From an uncultured Desulfospira sp. (GTDB lineage: Bacteria; Desulfobacterota; Desulfobacteria; Desulfobacterales; Desulfobacteraceae): a DNA stretch of 64,000 nucleotides. Shown here piece after piece: positions 1 to 10,588 of the stretch. Location of the stretch: the NCBI GenBank assembly GCA_963663165.1, contig OY760175.1:864001-928000 (forward strand). The letters are read 5' to 3'. Both the position numbers and the translations under genes were made by a program. Each line of letters opens with the position of its first letter. Within the stretch, counting starts at the first letter, position 1. The notes beneath the pieces were generated by a model. The model saw only the letters and a program-made list of their open reading frames with translations, made no database searches and was not told the DNA's origin.

Positions 1-35
1 AGTTTGTGCCAGAGGGGCCAGAAGCCAGTCACCCA

Positions 36-797
36 TCAGCCATCTTCCTTTGTGGTTACCGCTTTAAAAACCTTTAACCGCCCTTCATAGACCTGGCTGA
101 GCAGGTCTTCTTTGAGAACCAGACCCGGGGGGCCGTAGGCGTAAAGCCGCTGCTTGATCAACAGCAGTTTGTCAAAATATTCAGATGCCGTGGACAGGTC
201 ATGGTGAACCACCACCAGGGTTTTGCCGGACTCTTTGGCCCGTTCCAGCACATCAAGAATGGCCCGTTCCGTTGCTGCGTCCACCCCGGCAAAGGGTTCG
301 TCCAAAAGAAGGATATCGCTGCCCTGGGCCAGGGCCCTGGCCATAAACACCCGCTGCTGCTGCCCCCCGGAAAGCTCCCCGATCTGCCGGTCGGAAAACT
401 CAGTCATCCGGACCATGTCCAGGGCCTCCATGGCCTTGTCCCAATCCTTTGGCTTAGGTGACGAATACCAGGGAATCTGCTGGTAACGACCCATTAAGGC
501 CACTTCTTTGACCGTTATGGGAAAATCCCAGTCTACGGCCCCCCGCTGGGGCACATAGGCCACCTGGCCTTTGGCCTTTCGGGCAGGAACACCGTTGATG
601 CGAACAGTTCCCAAATCCGGGGTAACAAACCCCAAGACAGCCTTGATAAAGGTTGATTTACCGGCCCCGTTGGGCCCGATAACCCCCACTAACTGATCGG
701 TTTCAATGGCCACGGTAACATCGAGCAGGGCCGGCCTGGCATTGTAGCTGACGGTCAAATGTTCGACTTCAACGGCAAATTTGGGATGATCAGTCAT
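36..797 (-). CDS. Metal (Zn/Mn) ABC transporter ATP-binding protein
   Basis: Walker A GPNGAGKST, LSGGQQQR signature, LLLDEPF, YVPQR..DWDFP typical of ZnuC/MntB ATPases; start taken at MTDHP. Confidence 0.93.
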   Translation of the reverse strand: MTDHPKFAVEVEHLTVSYNARPALLDVTVAIETDQLVGVIGPNGAGKSTFIKAVLGFVTPDLGTVRINGVPARKAKGQVAYVPQRGAVDWDFPITVKEVALMGRYQQIPWYSSPKPKDWDKAMEALDMVRMTEFSDRQIGELSGGQQQRVFMARALAQGSDILLLDEPFAGVDAATERAILDVLERAKESGKTLVVVHHDLSTASEYFDKLLLIKQRLYAYGPPGLVLKEDLLSQVYEGRLKVFKAVTTKEDG

Positions 798-1293
798 GGC
801 CGGACTCCTTTTCAGGGTCAAGGGTAAAGCCGACCGTTCCGGCCACCCGTTCCCCATGCCCGGCCCAGATGGTTTTATCAACCATGGATGCCCCGTTCAA
901 GGTCAGCTTAACCCGGATGCCGTGAAACAGCGTACTTTCACTTACCGGGGGCCCGGCATTAATATAAACTTCGTTAAACCCGGGCAAAAGGGCTGGCAAG
1001 CGGCTGATCCGCAATTCCTGTCCCCGGGCCATATCCGGGGATGGCAAATCAATGTTTTTCCCGTTGAGCCTTATCACCAGATCTGATGTACTCTCATCCC
1101 CTGTGTCCAGGGCAAAGGGATCTTTCTGAGTAGAAAAGGTCGGGGTCAGGCTTAAAATAAAATCCGCCTGGACCACCGTTACGGCCTTTGCCCGGGCCGG
1201 TTCGCCGGGCAGCCGGGCGTCCCTGGCAGCGGTATAAAGCCATACGCTGCCAACCATGGCCACCCAGATCAGTATGCCAAGTAAAAATCTCAC
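790..1293 (-). CDS. Hypothetical membrane-anchored protein in metal ABC operon
   Basis: 167 aa with N-terminal TM helix; abuts or overlaps both neighbours. Confidence 0.75.
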   Translation of the reverse strand: MRFLLGILIWVAMVGSVWLYTAARDARLPGEPARAKAVTVVQADFILSLTPTFSTQKDPFALDTGDESTSDLVIRLNGKNIDLPSPDMARGQELRISRLPALLPGFNEVYINAGPPVSESTLFHGIRVKLTLNGASMVDKTIWAGHGERVAGTVGFTLDPEKESGHD

Positions 1294-1297
1294 GGCT

Positions 1298-2230
1298 TTA
1301 TTTAAGCGCCCTCACAATTAAAAGGGTATTTTCCCGCATCATGCCGATATAGGTTTCCCCGGCCGAGCCTTTCGGCCCCATGGAGTCCGAGTAAAGCTCT
1401 CCGCCGATTTTTACACCGGTTTCCTGAGCAATTTCACGAATCTGCTTGGGGTTGATGGTGGTTTCAACAAATATGGCCGGGGCACCGGATTCTTTGATGG
1501 AGGCGACCACCTTCTGCCGCCGTTCCGGTGTCATGCCGGCCCCGACTTCAGCACCCGTAGACCATCCGACCGGGGCAATGGATAGAAAATCATTCTCTTC
1601 ATTAAAGTTGTATTCCCGGCAAAAATAATTGAAGGCATCATGGGTAGTGACCAGAATTCTTTGCCGGGAAGGGATAGTGCTGACCTGCTCTCTGATCCAG
1701 GCATCCAGAACCCGAAGCTGCTGTAAATACAATTTTCCCCGGGCCTGGTAGGCGTCCTTGTTTTCAGGATCAATCCCGGCCAGGGCCTTTATGATATTGT
1801 TCACATAAACCGCCGCATTCTGAGGGGAAAACCAGGCATGGGGATCCGGAAGGGTTTGTTTCCCTTCCTGGATCAACAACGGTTTGATTCCGTTGGTGGC
1901 TGTAACCAGGGGTTTGCCGGCATCTGTGGCCAGGGTTTTCATCCAGGATTTTCCTTCCAGATGAAGACCATTTTCAATGCATAGATCAGCCTTTAAAACA
2001 ATTTGAACATCATTGGGGGTAACCGTATAGGTGTGGGGGTCGGCCCCCGGCGCGAGAATGCTTTGCACCACGGCATGATCCCCTGCCACCTTTCGTGCAA
2101 AATCACCGATCTGTGTCGTAGATACAACGATAACCGGCTTTTCAGATGCCGATACCGGGGCAAGAAAAACGCCAATATTAACGGCCATTACCAGTACCAT
2201 CAAAATTGAATTTCGAATCATAAATCTCAT
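1298..2230 (-). CDS. Metal ABC transporter substrate-binding protein (ZnuA/MntA/TroA family)
   Basis: GADPHTY, DPHAW, THDAFNYF and LYSDS motifs; signal peptide; start at MRFMIR. Confidence 0.93.
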   Translation of the reverse strand: MRFMIRNSILMVLVMAVNIGVFLAPVSASEKPVIVVSTTQIGDFARKVAGDHAVVQSILAPGADPHTYTVTPNDVQIVLKADLCIENGLHLEGKSWMKTLATDAGKPLVTATNGIKPLLIQEGKQTLPDPHAWFSPQNAAVYVNNIIKALAGIDPENKDAYQARGKLYLQQLRVLDAWIREQVSTIPSRQRILVTTHDAFNYFCREYNFNEENDFLSIAPVGWSTGAEVGAGMTPERRQKVVASIKESGAPAIFVETTINPKQIREIAQETGVKIGGELYSDSMGPKGSAGETYIGMMRENTLLIVRALK

Positions 2231-2271
2231 GGGCTGTACTCCTTGATCAGTTGATTTAAAGATATACAAAC

Positions 2272-2292
2272 CTAAATGTGATGCATATTTAG
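2272..2292. promoter_or_regulatory. Imperfect palindrome, possible metal-regulator operator
   Basis: CTAAATgtgatgcatATTTAG about 40 bp upstream of the metal SBP start. Confidence 0.3.
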
Positions 2293-2476
2293 AACCGGAA
2301 CAACCGTTTTTAAAACCAGACCGGTCTTCCTTAGAATTACAATAATGGCTGATCATAAATCGTCAAATTTAATATTTTTTGTCAAAGGTTTTTTTATTTT
2401 TTCTTGAACGTAAAAACAATAAATTATATGGTACCTGCCCTGATGTAACGGAACACTTAAGACAAGGACCAAAGCC

Positions 2477-3724
2477 ATGACAGACCAACCCAACATTATG
2501 ATTATCGGCGGCGGGGTTATCGGCCTTGCCTGCGCCCATTATCTGATTGAAAAAAAGGCCCGGGTGACCATCATTGAACGAGACCGGGCTGGTGACGGGG
2601 CGTCCCACGGGAACTGCGGACTGCTCTATTTCAGTGATGTTACCCCCTTGTGTGTTCCCGGTGCGGTGGGCCATGAAATCATCAGGACCCTTAAGGGCAC
2701 CTCCCCCCTTTACATCAAACCCACCTTGGACCCCGGCCGGCTCAGCTGGCTGCTCAGATTTGCGGGAAACTGCACCCATGGCCATAAACGAAAAGCAGCC
2801 AAAGGCAAATTTGAACTGCTCTCGTATAGTGACCGGCTGTACGGCGACCTTTTAAAATCAAAAGAGTTGCTTTGCGATTACGAGGCCAAAGGGGTGCTGA
2901 CCGTTTTCAAAAATCCTGAAAATTTTAACGGATTTACCGCAACCGACCAGTTTCAGCAAACCTTTGGTATCAAAAGCCGTAAAATTAAAAAACAAGAACT
3001 GATAGAAATGGAGCCGGCCCTTGGCAATGATGTGGTTGGGGCATGGCATACCATAGGGGACGCCCATTTGCGGCCTGAGCTGCTTATGGCATCCTGGAAA
3101 AATGCGTTAACAAAAAAAGGGGTGGTGTTTGAAGAAAACTGCCGGTTTCTCAAGTTTAACCAATCCTGCGGCAAGGTCGACAGCATTAACACCTCAAAGG
3201 GCCGGTTTAAAGCCGATGCCTTTGTCATGGCTGCCGGCGCCTGGACCCCGTCCACCATGCAGCAGTTGAATCTAAGACTGCCGGTGGAACCGGGAAAAGG
3301 GTACAGTATTACCATGAAACCGTCCAAAGACTGTCCGGTCTTCCCGTTATATTTTTATGAGAGCAACGCCGTGGCCACCCCATGGAAAAGCGCCTGCCGG
3401 CTTGGGGGCACCATGGAGTTTTCAGGCTACGACATGGGGCTGAACCGCATTCGAATAAACAAAATTATATCCGGGGCCCGGCAGTATCTTAAAAATCCCC
3501 TGACCAGTCCCATTATCGAAGAGTGGACCAACCTGCGGCCCATGACCTGCGACGACATGCCCATTATCGATACGGTCCCTGCCCTGGATAACCTGATTGT
3601 GGCCACCGGCCACGGCATGCTCGGCTTAACCCTTGCCACAGGAACCGGCAAAGCGGTCAGCGACCTGGTATACGGCAAAAAACCTGAAATTGATCTGTCG
3701 CCGTTTTCTCTTTCCCGGTTCTGA
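2477..3724 (+). CDS. dadA: FAD-dependent D-amino acid dehydrogenase/oxidase family protein
   Basis: GGGVIG Rossmann motif, ASHGNCG, GKGYS, LRPMT, ATGHGMLGLT. Confidence 0.85.
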   Translation: MTDQPNIMIIGGGVIGLACAHYLIEKKARVTIIERDRAGDGASHGNCGLLYFSDVTPLCVPGAVGHEIIRTLKGTSPLYIKPTLDPGRLSWLLRFAGNCTHGHKRKAAKGKFELLSYSDRLYGDLLKSKELLCDYEAKGVLTVFKNPENFNGFTATDQFQQTFGIKSRKIKKQELIEMEPALGNDVVGAWHTIGDAHLRPELLMASWKNALTKKGVVFEENCRFLKFNQSCGKVDSINTSKGRFKADAFVMAAGAWTPSTMQQLNLRLPVEPGKGYSITMKPSKDCPVFPLYFYESNAVATPWKSACRLGGTMEFSGYDMGLNRIRINKIISGARQYLKNPLTSPIIEEWTNLRPMTCDDMPIIDTVPALDNLIVATGHGMLGLTLATGTGKAVSDLVYGKKPEIDLSPFSLSRF

Positions 3725-4025
3725 TCGCGGATAGCGGTGGCACTGGTCTGGTGAATTGTAGAAAAGGTAATTAGACTGAAGGGATGAACAGCCCTAAACC
3801 CCTTCAGCCTTCAGCCTAATCCCCTACATTAGATTGGAGATTATCCCCCTTCATCGTTCCCTTTTTTCTTTTCTTGATAATGGGCAAAATTTATCCTATG
3901 ATGCCTTTTAAATTCTGACCGAATATCTCGATAACTCTCTATTATTGTTGCGATTCATTTGATGTGGGCAAACCATTAAAACCTTGAACCGGCTGATCTG
4001 TTGGCCATTTCAAAAGGGGGAAAAG

Positions 4026-7000
4026 ATGATCGCATCCAAAATCCGTCTTGGGACGGTTTTACTTGGCACCATTTTTATTCTGGCCACAGCCCTTACAACC
4101 GACCTTGGGGCAGAGGGCATTGAAACCTTTACCCTGCCCTGCGGCATGCAGTGGGGCACACTTTATGGAAACGGCATGATTCCAACGGACATGGTTCCCG
4201 TGTCTGACGGATTTGTCCTGTCCGTTGTGCAGTGTGATGATCCGTCAAACTGCAGTCTTTCTCCCTGGTGGGTGACAACCTCTGCCCGGATGGTCAAATT
4301 GGACAGAACCGGCAACCGGGTGTTTGACCAGCCGGTCTTTAACCCGTCAGATACCGGCCCCTATACGGCCGCACTGGGAATTGAACTGGTTCCATTAAAT
4401 GCTGACGGATCAGGGGAAGACGGATTTATGGTTTCAGGCCGGAAATACCAGAGCCATTCCTATGACGGAACCACCTGGGAGCAATGGGATATGTGGGTAT
4501 CCCGTACAGACAATGATGGCAATTTTTCCTGGGAAAAAACCTTTGGCCGTTTTGGCGATGAGTGGGCCAATGATATATCGGTTTTCTGGGACCCTGGTTC
4601 CTCAAGGTATGATTTTTACCTGGGCGGAAATCAGCCGGACCTTGGAAACACGGTCTGGGATGGTTGGATTTTAAGAGCTTCTTCTTCCACCACAGAATGG
4701 AGTCACGGCTGGGATGATATCGACGGGCCGCCTTATGAAATTTTCTGTGTTGAGGCAACTTCTGACAAAGGCGTCATCGCCGGAACCCTAAGCGGTATTT
4801 ATAAATACGACCAAGAAGGAAACCGTGAGTGGATGGCAGAATCAGGCAGTACCTGGTTTGGCATCCGGAATACGTCTGACGGCGGATACATTGCCGTTGG
4901 CAGCAAGACGCAAATCGGTGCCTATGATCTTTGCTATGCCGGGGTATGTGGGGACCTGACCCTGGTCAAACTTAACAGCGACGGCAGCACACAATGGTAT
5001 AAGACCTTTGGGGAAGCAGGAAAACCCGATGCCGGCTACGATGTGATCCAGACAAGCACCGGCGGCTATGCCGCCGTTGGCATGACCACCTCTTATCAGC
5101 CCACTATCCGTTTCAGCATCTGGCTGCTTGCCGTTGACAGTGACGGGGAACTTCTATGGGACGTCCCCATTGGCGGAGACGGATACGATGAGGGGGTTGC
5201 CATTGCCGAGGACACGGGCAGTGATCCCGGATTTGTTGTTGTGGGGACCACCACCTATGACCTGTATGGCGAAGATGGGGATCTCGGCCAGGACGGGGTC
5301 AGGGAAGACCATATCTGGGCCTTTAAAACCCGGGGGTTTTACTCACGGCCCCAAGCCACATTTACCTGGTCTTCGGATGATCCGGTGTTTGTCTACCAGA
5401 CCATTGCGTTTGACGCCTCCCCTTCCCTGGACGATGACGGGGAAATTTTAAGCTATGAGTGGGATTTTGACGGGGACGGCACGGCTGATGCTACCGGCCT
5501 TTTGGCCTCATATTCCTTTTCGTCCCCCGGCACTCACACGGTGACCCTGACCGTAAAAGATGACGACTGCCTTTTTGACACTGTTTCCCAGACCATTACC
5601 GTAGTGGGCCCCCAGATTCTGTGGAAAAGAACCATTACCAATGAAAGGGACTGTGAAGAAGGGGCCTACTGCTACATTGACGTCAGGGGAAATGATATTA
5701 TAAGGGGCACCGACGGCGGGTTTGCTGCCACAGGCTACTCCTTTTTCGGATATTCATCCGGCAGTAGAAGAAATGATATGTGGCTGCTCAAAACCTTTGA
5801 TAACGGTATCATGCAATGGCAGCGCAACCTGACCCAAAATTTCAATGTGTGGGAACAGGGGACAGCCCTTGCCGCAGCACCGGATGACGGCTACGTGATC
5901 ATCGGCGATTATAATGAGGATACAGCCTACTTTCAGTATCCCAGGTTGAGCCTGGCCAGAACGGATGTTCAGGGCAACCTTCTGTGGCATACCATCTTTG
6001 GTAATGATGCAGATGAGGCATTCAAATGCATGGGCATGGATGTATTAAGCCTTGAGTCCGGGGATATTATCGCGGCGGCAAACAAATATATTGACGGTGA
6101 AGGCTGGGCCATGTGGGCTTTTAAGACAGATGCCAACGGCACACCCCTTTCGGTGGAATCCCTTGTGCATTCCACCCCGGATAATTACAGCGGTTTCGCC
6201 TTTTTAAAATCCATTGCCCGGGACACCCCGGACGGGGTCATTATATCCGGGCACTATGGTTCCCAGATAAGCGGCAGCAACGGGGCGGTTTCCCTGATCC
6301 GGACAGATGACGACCTGAACCTGGACTGGTTCTTTGCCTGGGACCGGATCTCCTACGCCTTCAACTCAGGCAACTGGGTTGAGCGACTGGATGACGGATA
6401 TGTCATTGGCGGGTGCAATGACAGTATGCCGTCCGTTAGAAAACTGAACACAGAAAAGGAAGCGGTCTGGCACACATCAGTGGATGACCAGGATTTTGAA
6501 GGCTGCTTTGACTCAGGGGCTGTGACACCGGATAACGGATTTATCCTTGCAGGGCCTGCAGAATTAAATACGGACGGGGCAACCCAGGAAGGGATCCTTG
6601 CAGCAAAATTCAGCAGCGCAGGCGGCCTTGAATGGTACAAATTTCTGGTCAATGACAATGAAGACTATTCTTATGCCATGGGCGGCAGCGTTGTGGCCCT
6701 GCCTGACGGCAGCGTTATTGTCATGGGAAACGAATGCCATTACAGCGGCGGCTACGGGTGCCGGGCAAAACTGTTTAAAATCGCACCCTATAATACCCTT
6801 GTGGCGGCCTTTGACATGATGGTCCGGGACGGATTCATCCCCCTTGAAATCGAATTCACCGATTTAAGTACCGGCGGGACCGCCCCTTATACCTATGCAT
6901 GGGATTTTGACGGGGACGGCGTTATTGACTCCACAGAACAGCATCCCACCGTCACTTTTCCAGACCGGCAGACCTACTCGCCAAGCCTGACCGTCACCGA

Positions 7001-7757
7001 TGAAAACGGGCAGACCGACACCTTTGTGTGTGAGGCCTGCGTTTTCACCCGTGACCCGGGCGTCTATACAACTGATGCAGGTGTAACCATCACCGATTTT
7101 TCAGTTACCGACGACGCCGCATCCTATCCGGGGACCTATGATTTTGAACTGGCCCCGGACATGATAAACAGTGAAACCGCTTTTGGCTTCACCATATCGG
7201 CTACAGGGGAGGATGGAACCTATCCGTTTCAGATCACCTTTCCAAGCCCCTATGATCCGGACATGGTGCTTTACAAACTGCCGGACTGGACCGAACTTGC
7301 CTATACAATCATTGACGAATACACCATTGAAGTGGAGCTTTCCATTGTAGATGGCCAGCTTGATCCGCCCTTTGTCCTGACCTTATTTTATCCTTTGAAG
7401 ACCCTGACTATTCTGGTAGAGGGAAACGGCACCACTGACCCTGCCCCCGGGGTTTACAGCTACTATGTGAACAATGTCACATCCATACCGGTTCAGGCCA
7501 TTGCCGACAGCGGCTGGGAATTTGATTCCTGGAGCGGCAGCATCTCGGGCACCACCAACCCCAGGACTGTCACCTTTTACAGTTCTTCCAAAGATATGAC
7601 CATTACCGCAACCTTTATACAGGCCTCTTTGCCCGGGGACAGTGAACCGGACGGAGATGTGGATGGCAAGGACATTTACAGCCTGATCAGCCGGTCCGGC
7701 GGATTTACGGCCGAGGAGCTGGAGGCCCTGGCCGGTAATTTTGGGACGGTACTATAA
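4026..7757 (+). CDS. Large secreted beta-propeller/PKD-domain surface protein
   Basis: Signal peptide; repeated W..TFG/KTD..G..W propeller blades; two PKD domains (YEWDFDGDG, YAWDFDGDG); C-terminal GDxxxDGDVDGxD motif. Confidence 0.85.
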   Translation: MIASKIRLGTVLLGTIFILATALTTDLGAEGIETFTLPCGMQWGTLYGNGMIPTDMVPVSDGFVLSVVQCDDPSNCSLSPWWVTTSARMVKLDRTGNRVFDQPVFNPSDTGPYTAALGIELVPLNADGSGEDGFMVSGRKYQSHSYDGTTWEQWDMWVSRTDNDGNFSWEKTFGRFGDEWANDISVFWDPGSSRYDFYLGGNQPDLGNTVWDGWILRASSSTTEWSHGWDDIDGPPYEIFCVEATSDKGVIAGTLSGIYKYDQEGNREWMAESGSTWFGIRNTSDGGYIAVGSKTQIGAYDLCYAGVCGDLTLVKLNSDGSTQWYKTFGEAGKPDAGYDVIQTSTGGYAAVGMTTSYQPTIRFSIWLLAVDSDGELLWDVPIGGDGYDEGVAIAEDTGSDPGFVVVGTTTYDLYGEDGDLGQDGVREDHIWAFKTRGFYSRPQATFTWSSDDPVFVYQTIAFDASPSLDDDGEILSYEWDFDGDGTADATGLLASYSFSSPGTHTVTLTVKDDDCLFDTVSQTITVVGPQILWKRTITNERDCEEGAYCYIDVRGNDIIRGTDGGFAATGYSFFGYSSGSRRNDMWLLKTFDNGIMQWQRNLTQNFNVWEQGTALAAAPDDGYVIIGDYNEDTAYFQYPRLSLARTDVQGNLLWHTIFGNDADEAFKCMGMDVLSLESGDIIAAANKYIDGEGWAMWAFKTDANGTPLSVESLVHSTPDNYSGFAFLKSIARDTPDGVIISGHYGSQISGSNGAVSLIRTDDDLNLDWFFAWDRISYAFNSGNWVERLDDGYVIGGCNDSMPSVRKLNTEKEAVWHTSVDDQDFEGCFDSGAVTPDNGFILAGPAELNTDGATQEGILAAKFSSAGGLEWYKFLVNDNEDYSYAMGGSVVALPDGSVIVMGNECHYSGGYGCRAKLFKIAPYNTLVAAFDMMVRDGFIPLEIEFTDLSTGGTAPYTYAWDFDGDGVIDSTEQHPTVTFPDRQTYSPSLTVTDENGQTDTFVCEACVFTRDPGVYTTDAGVTITDFSVTDDAASYPGTYDFELAPDMINSETAFGFTISATGEDGTYPFQITFPSPYDPDMVLYKLPDWTELAYTIIDEYTIEVELSIVDGQLDPPFVLTLFYPLKTLTILVEGNGTTDPAPGVYSYYVNNVTSIPVQAIADSGWEFDSWSGSISGTTNPRTVTFYSSSKDMTITATFIQASLPGDSEPDGDVDGKDIYSLISRSGGFTAEELEALAGNFGTVL

Positions 7758-7761
7758 AGAA

Positions 7762-7830
7762 GGGAGACCGGAAGAAGGAAGACGGAAGACCGGATGTTTA
7801 ACACCCTCCGGTTTCCGGTCTCCATTTTCC
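7762..7830. repeat. GGAGACCGG...CCGGTCTCC heptamer-type inverted repeat
   Basis: Imperfect hairpin; a related copy lies at 36835-36926. Confidence 0.5.
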
Positions 7831-7845
7831 ATCACTTATAGTCCT

Positions 7846-7880
7846 GTAGAAGGGTGGGTAAAAGCGCAGCGTTGCCCACC
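7846..7880 (+). repeat. GTAG-type REP-like palindrome
   Basis: GTAG..GGTGGGTAA..TTGCCCACC; degenerate relative at 53770-53797. Confidence 0.5.
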
Positions 7881-7923
7881 ATTAACCGCTGCCTTCGTAA
7901 CTTTGTTAACAACAAAGTGGCAT

Positions 7924-8931
7924 TCAACACTTGTAGTATGCCCGGTACCAGTCCACAAAATTCTGAACCCCTTCTTGAACCGGGGTGGCGGGTTTAAATC
8001 CGGTATCGGCGATCAGATCGTTGACATCGGCATAGGTTGCGGGCACATCGCCGGGCTGGAGAGGTAAAAATTCTTTGATGGCCTCCTTTCCTAACGCTTT
8101 TTCAATAGCTTCGATAAATTCCATTAAGGCCACGGGCTGGTTGTTTCCGATATTGTATATCTTGTAGGGGACCCGGCTTGAAGACGGATTGGGGGTGTCT
8201 GAGGACCAGTCCGGATCCGGTTCCGGGATTTTATCCATTACCCGGATCACCCCTTCCACAATATCGTCAATATAGGTAAAATCCCGCTGCATGTTTCCGT
8301 TGTTGAACACCTTGATGGGCTCATTGTTCAAGATGGCTTTGGTAAACAAAAATAAGGCCATATCAGGTCTTCCCCAGGGGCCGTAAACCGTAAAAAACCG
8401 CAGGCCCGTACAGGGCAGGTTGTACAGATAGGCGTAGGTGTGGGCCATGAGTTCGTTGGCCTTTTTGGATGCGGCATAGAGGCTGATGGGGTGATCCACA
8501 TTGTGCCTGACCGAAAAGGGCATTACGGTATTCAGGCCGTAAACCGAGCTGGACGAGGCATATACCAGGTGCTTGACCCCACAATGGCGGCACCCTTCAA
8601 GGATGTTGCCAAAGCCCACCAGGTTGGAGTCCACATAAGAGGCCGGATTTTCAAGGCTGTACCGGACCCCGGCCTGGGCCGCCAGGTTGACCACGCAGTC
8701 AAATGAAACCGATTTAAACAGGGTTTCCATGGCTTTCCGGTCGGCAAGGTCCAGCCGTTCAAAGGTAAAGCCCGTTTGATTTTCAAGTTTTGAAAGCCGG
8801 TCTTTTTTCAGGTTCACGTCATAATAGTCATTGAGGTTGTCGATCCCCCAGACATTGACGCCCTTGTCCAGAAGACGCTTGCTCAAGCTGTATCCTATAA
8901 ACCCGGCAACGCCGGTGACCAGTACATTCAT
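7924..8931 (-). CDS. NAD-dependent epimerase (UDP-glucuronate 4-epimerase)
   Basis: [37 protein letters not shown]. Confidence 0.95.
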   Translation of the reverse strand: MNVLVTGVAGFIGYSLSKRLLDKGVNVWGIDNLNDYYDVNLKKDRLSKLENQTGFTFERLDLADRKAMETLFKSVSFDCVVNLAAQAGVRYSLENPASYVDSNLVGFGNILEGCRHCGVKHLVYASSSSVYGLNTVMPFSVRHNVDHPISLYAASKKANELMAHTYAYLYNLPCTGLRFFTVYGPWGRPDMALFLFTKAILNNEPIKVFNNGNMQRDFTYIDDIVEGVIRVMDKIPEPDPDWSSDTPNPSSSRVPYKIYNIGNNQPVALMEFIEAIEKALGKEAIKEFLPLQPGDVPATYADVNDLIADTGFKPATPVQEGVQNFVDWYRAYYKC

Positions 8932-9104
8932 AAATTTCTCTCCTTAGTCAAGAACTGCTTGGCACCTGATCGAAAACCCGTGTTTGGACGAGAAATTGCC
9001 CATATGCAAGGCACAGAAAAATTGGCAACCGGAGCAACCTTGAAGGTTGTGAGGATTGCCGATTTTTCTGTAACGCGGCAGATGGGTGATTTCTCGTTCT
9101 AACA

Positions 9105-9812
9105 CTACCACAACTCCCAGGAGCCGGTATAATAGACATAAAGCGCCAGCCCCAAATTGGTGACACCATGGGCCACGATACAGGATAAAAGATCTTTTCT
9201 AATAATCCACAAAAAGGCCATCAAAAGACCGTAGGCAATGGCAGCCGGCCACTCCGGGGTGGTGTGGCCCAGGGTAAAAATCACCGTGGAAATCCAGACA
9301 GCGGCCCAGTTCCAGGCCCCCGGCGAAACCGTTGAAATATCGGCGTGTTCAAGGGTGTGCCAGAGGGGCTGTTTTACTTTTTGTTTTCGAAATTCATCCC
9401 ATTGAAGGGCCACCCGGTACACAAACCCGCGCATCATCAGCTCTTCAAATACCGGGACCACCAGGCTGGCCGTGACCAGGCGAAGAATAAACCCGGTAAC
9501 TGTCCACGGCTCCTGGCCGGGGGTGGCAAACGGCGCAAAAAGAGCAATCCATACCACCAGGCCGACAATGCCGAAAACCACGCCGTACAGGGATGAGACC
9601 ACTTTGCTTTTAGGACCGGTTAAAGGGACGTACCACTTCCAGGCCCAGGCGAGCAGTGCTGGGACGATAACAAGCTTTAGGCAGTAATTGAGTTCAACGC
9701 TAATTTTATTGTGCAGAACCGAGGAAATGGCTACATATGCAAAATATGGTGCAGCATAGGGAATAATCAGTTCCTGGTTGGCCCATCGAGCAACAGATAT
9801 TTTTTGCGGCAT
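9105..9812 (-). CDS. CPBP (CAAX) intramembrane protease, PEP-CTERM/exosortase-associated type
   Basis: VPVFEELMMRG, F..GH, AHGVTN motifs; N-terminal PY..P(Y/F)..Y. Confidence 0.85.
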   Translation of the reverse strand: MPQKISVARWANQELIIPYAAPYFAYVAISSVLHNKISVELNYCLKLVIVPALLAWAWKWYVPLTGPKSKVVSSLYGVVFGIVGLVVWIALFAPFATPGQEPWTVTGFILRLVTASLVVPVFEELMMRGFVYRVALQWDEFRKQKVKQPLWHTLEHADISTVSPGAWNWAAVWISTVIFTLGHTTPEWPAAIAYGLLMAFLWIIRKDLLSCIVAHGVTNLGLALYVYYTGSWELW

Positions 9813-9987
9813 CAGCTGTACCCTTTCCTATCCAGTCAGTTATCAGTGGGTATGTCTTAATGGATAAGAAAGAATATTTCAAGGGCTATCTTATTTTTAA
9901 ATACATAACTAACAAGTTGAAACTGCAAATGGGGAATACATCAAGGAAAACGGCTTAACAGAAGGGCAAAACAAACAGACAGGACAA

Positions 9988-10004
9988 TCCCCCCGAAAGG
10001 GGGA
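9988..10004 (-). terminator. GC hairpin, possible terminator
   Basis: TCCCCCC-GAAA-GGGGGA just past the stop of 10019..10270; weak U tract. Confidence 0.4.
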
Positions 10005-10018
10005 AAATCAACCTTCAC

Positions 10019-10270
10019 TTAAGGCAGGTCTGAAAAAATCGGGGCACTGCTCCACTTGCTGATTCTTTCCCAGCCGTACCGGTCTTCCCAGCCTTTTCTG
10101 CGGTCGGCTCTGTTTTTGCGCAGCTGGCTTTCGGGATACCCGGGCCCCATATCCAGGATCCTGCGGTCAACCGGGGATCTGCGGTCCACAGGGGAGCGTT
10201 TTTCATACATATTTTCATCTTTAATCGGGGGCATATTTTCCTCTTCACTGGTGGTAAAGTCGCTTTTCAT
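10019..10270 (-). CDS. Small hypothetical protein with DRR repeats
   Basis: RBS AGGAGG; EKRSPVDRRSPVDRR...RADRR. Confidence 0.65.
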   Translation of the reverse strand: MKSDFTTSEEENMPPIKDENMYEKRSPVDRRSPVDRRILDMGPGYPESQLRKNRADRRKGWEDRYGWERISKWSSAPIFSDLP

Positions 10271-10349
10271 GGCGTTTTCCTCCTGTTGGTATTTTAAGGT
10301 TATGGTTTTGGGACGAAATTACTTTGGGGAATACCGCTTTTGGAAAGGA

Positions 10350-10412
10350 TTGGCGGCTTACCGCTTCAGCTCGAGAGTTCGTCCCTCATCATTGCCGGAA
10401 AGCCTTTAGCAA
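10350..10412 (-). promoter_or_regulatory. Possible degenerate c-di-GMP-I (GEMM)-like riboswitch
   Basis: Minus strand GCTAAAGGC..GGCAATGATGAGGGACG..GCCGCC partly follows the GEMM order of elements, in a 5' UTR; several core positions deviate. Confidence 0.3.
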
Positions 10413-10495
10413 TCATCGTCTTAAAACGTTTATATCTTCGGATAAATTGTTATATAAGTTTGATTATATGAAATATTTTGTGATTGTCAATATTT

Positions 10496-10588
10496 TTATA
10501 TGAAAGTCTCATTAACATCCTGATAAGACTTTCATTATTCGTTGTGGGCGGTTCTTGGTTGGATAACCAAGGCGGCCCGTGGCCGGTA
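10496..10588 (-). repeat. ~91-bp dispersed three-hairpin repeat, copy A
   Basis: Near-identical to 20931-21023 and the 56893-57168 units. Confidence 0.9.

Noticed and set aside
3776..3820. CCTTCAG/GCTAA heptamer runs (also ~18868 and ~23187)
   Set aside because: Short, common intergenic tandem repeats with no further structure.
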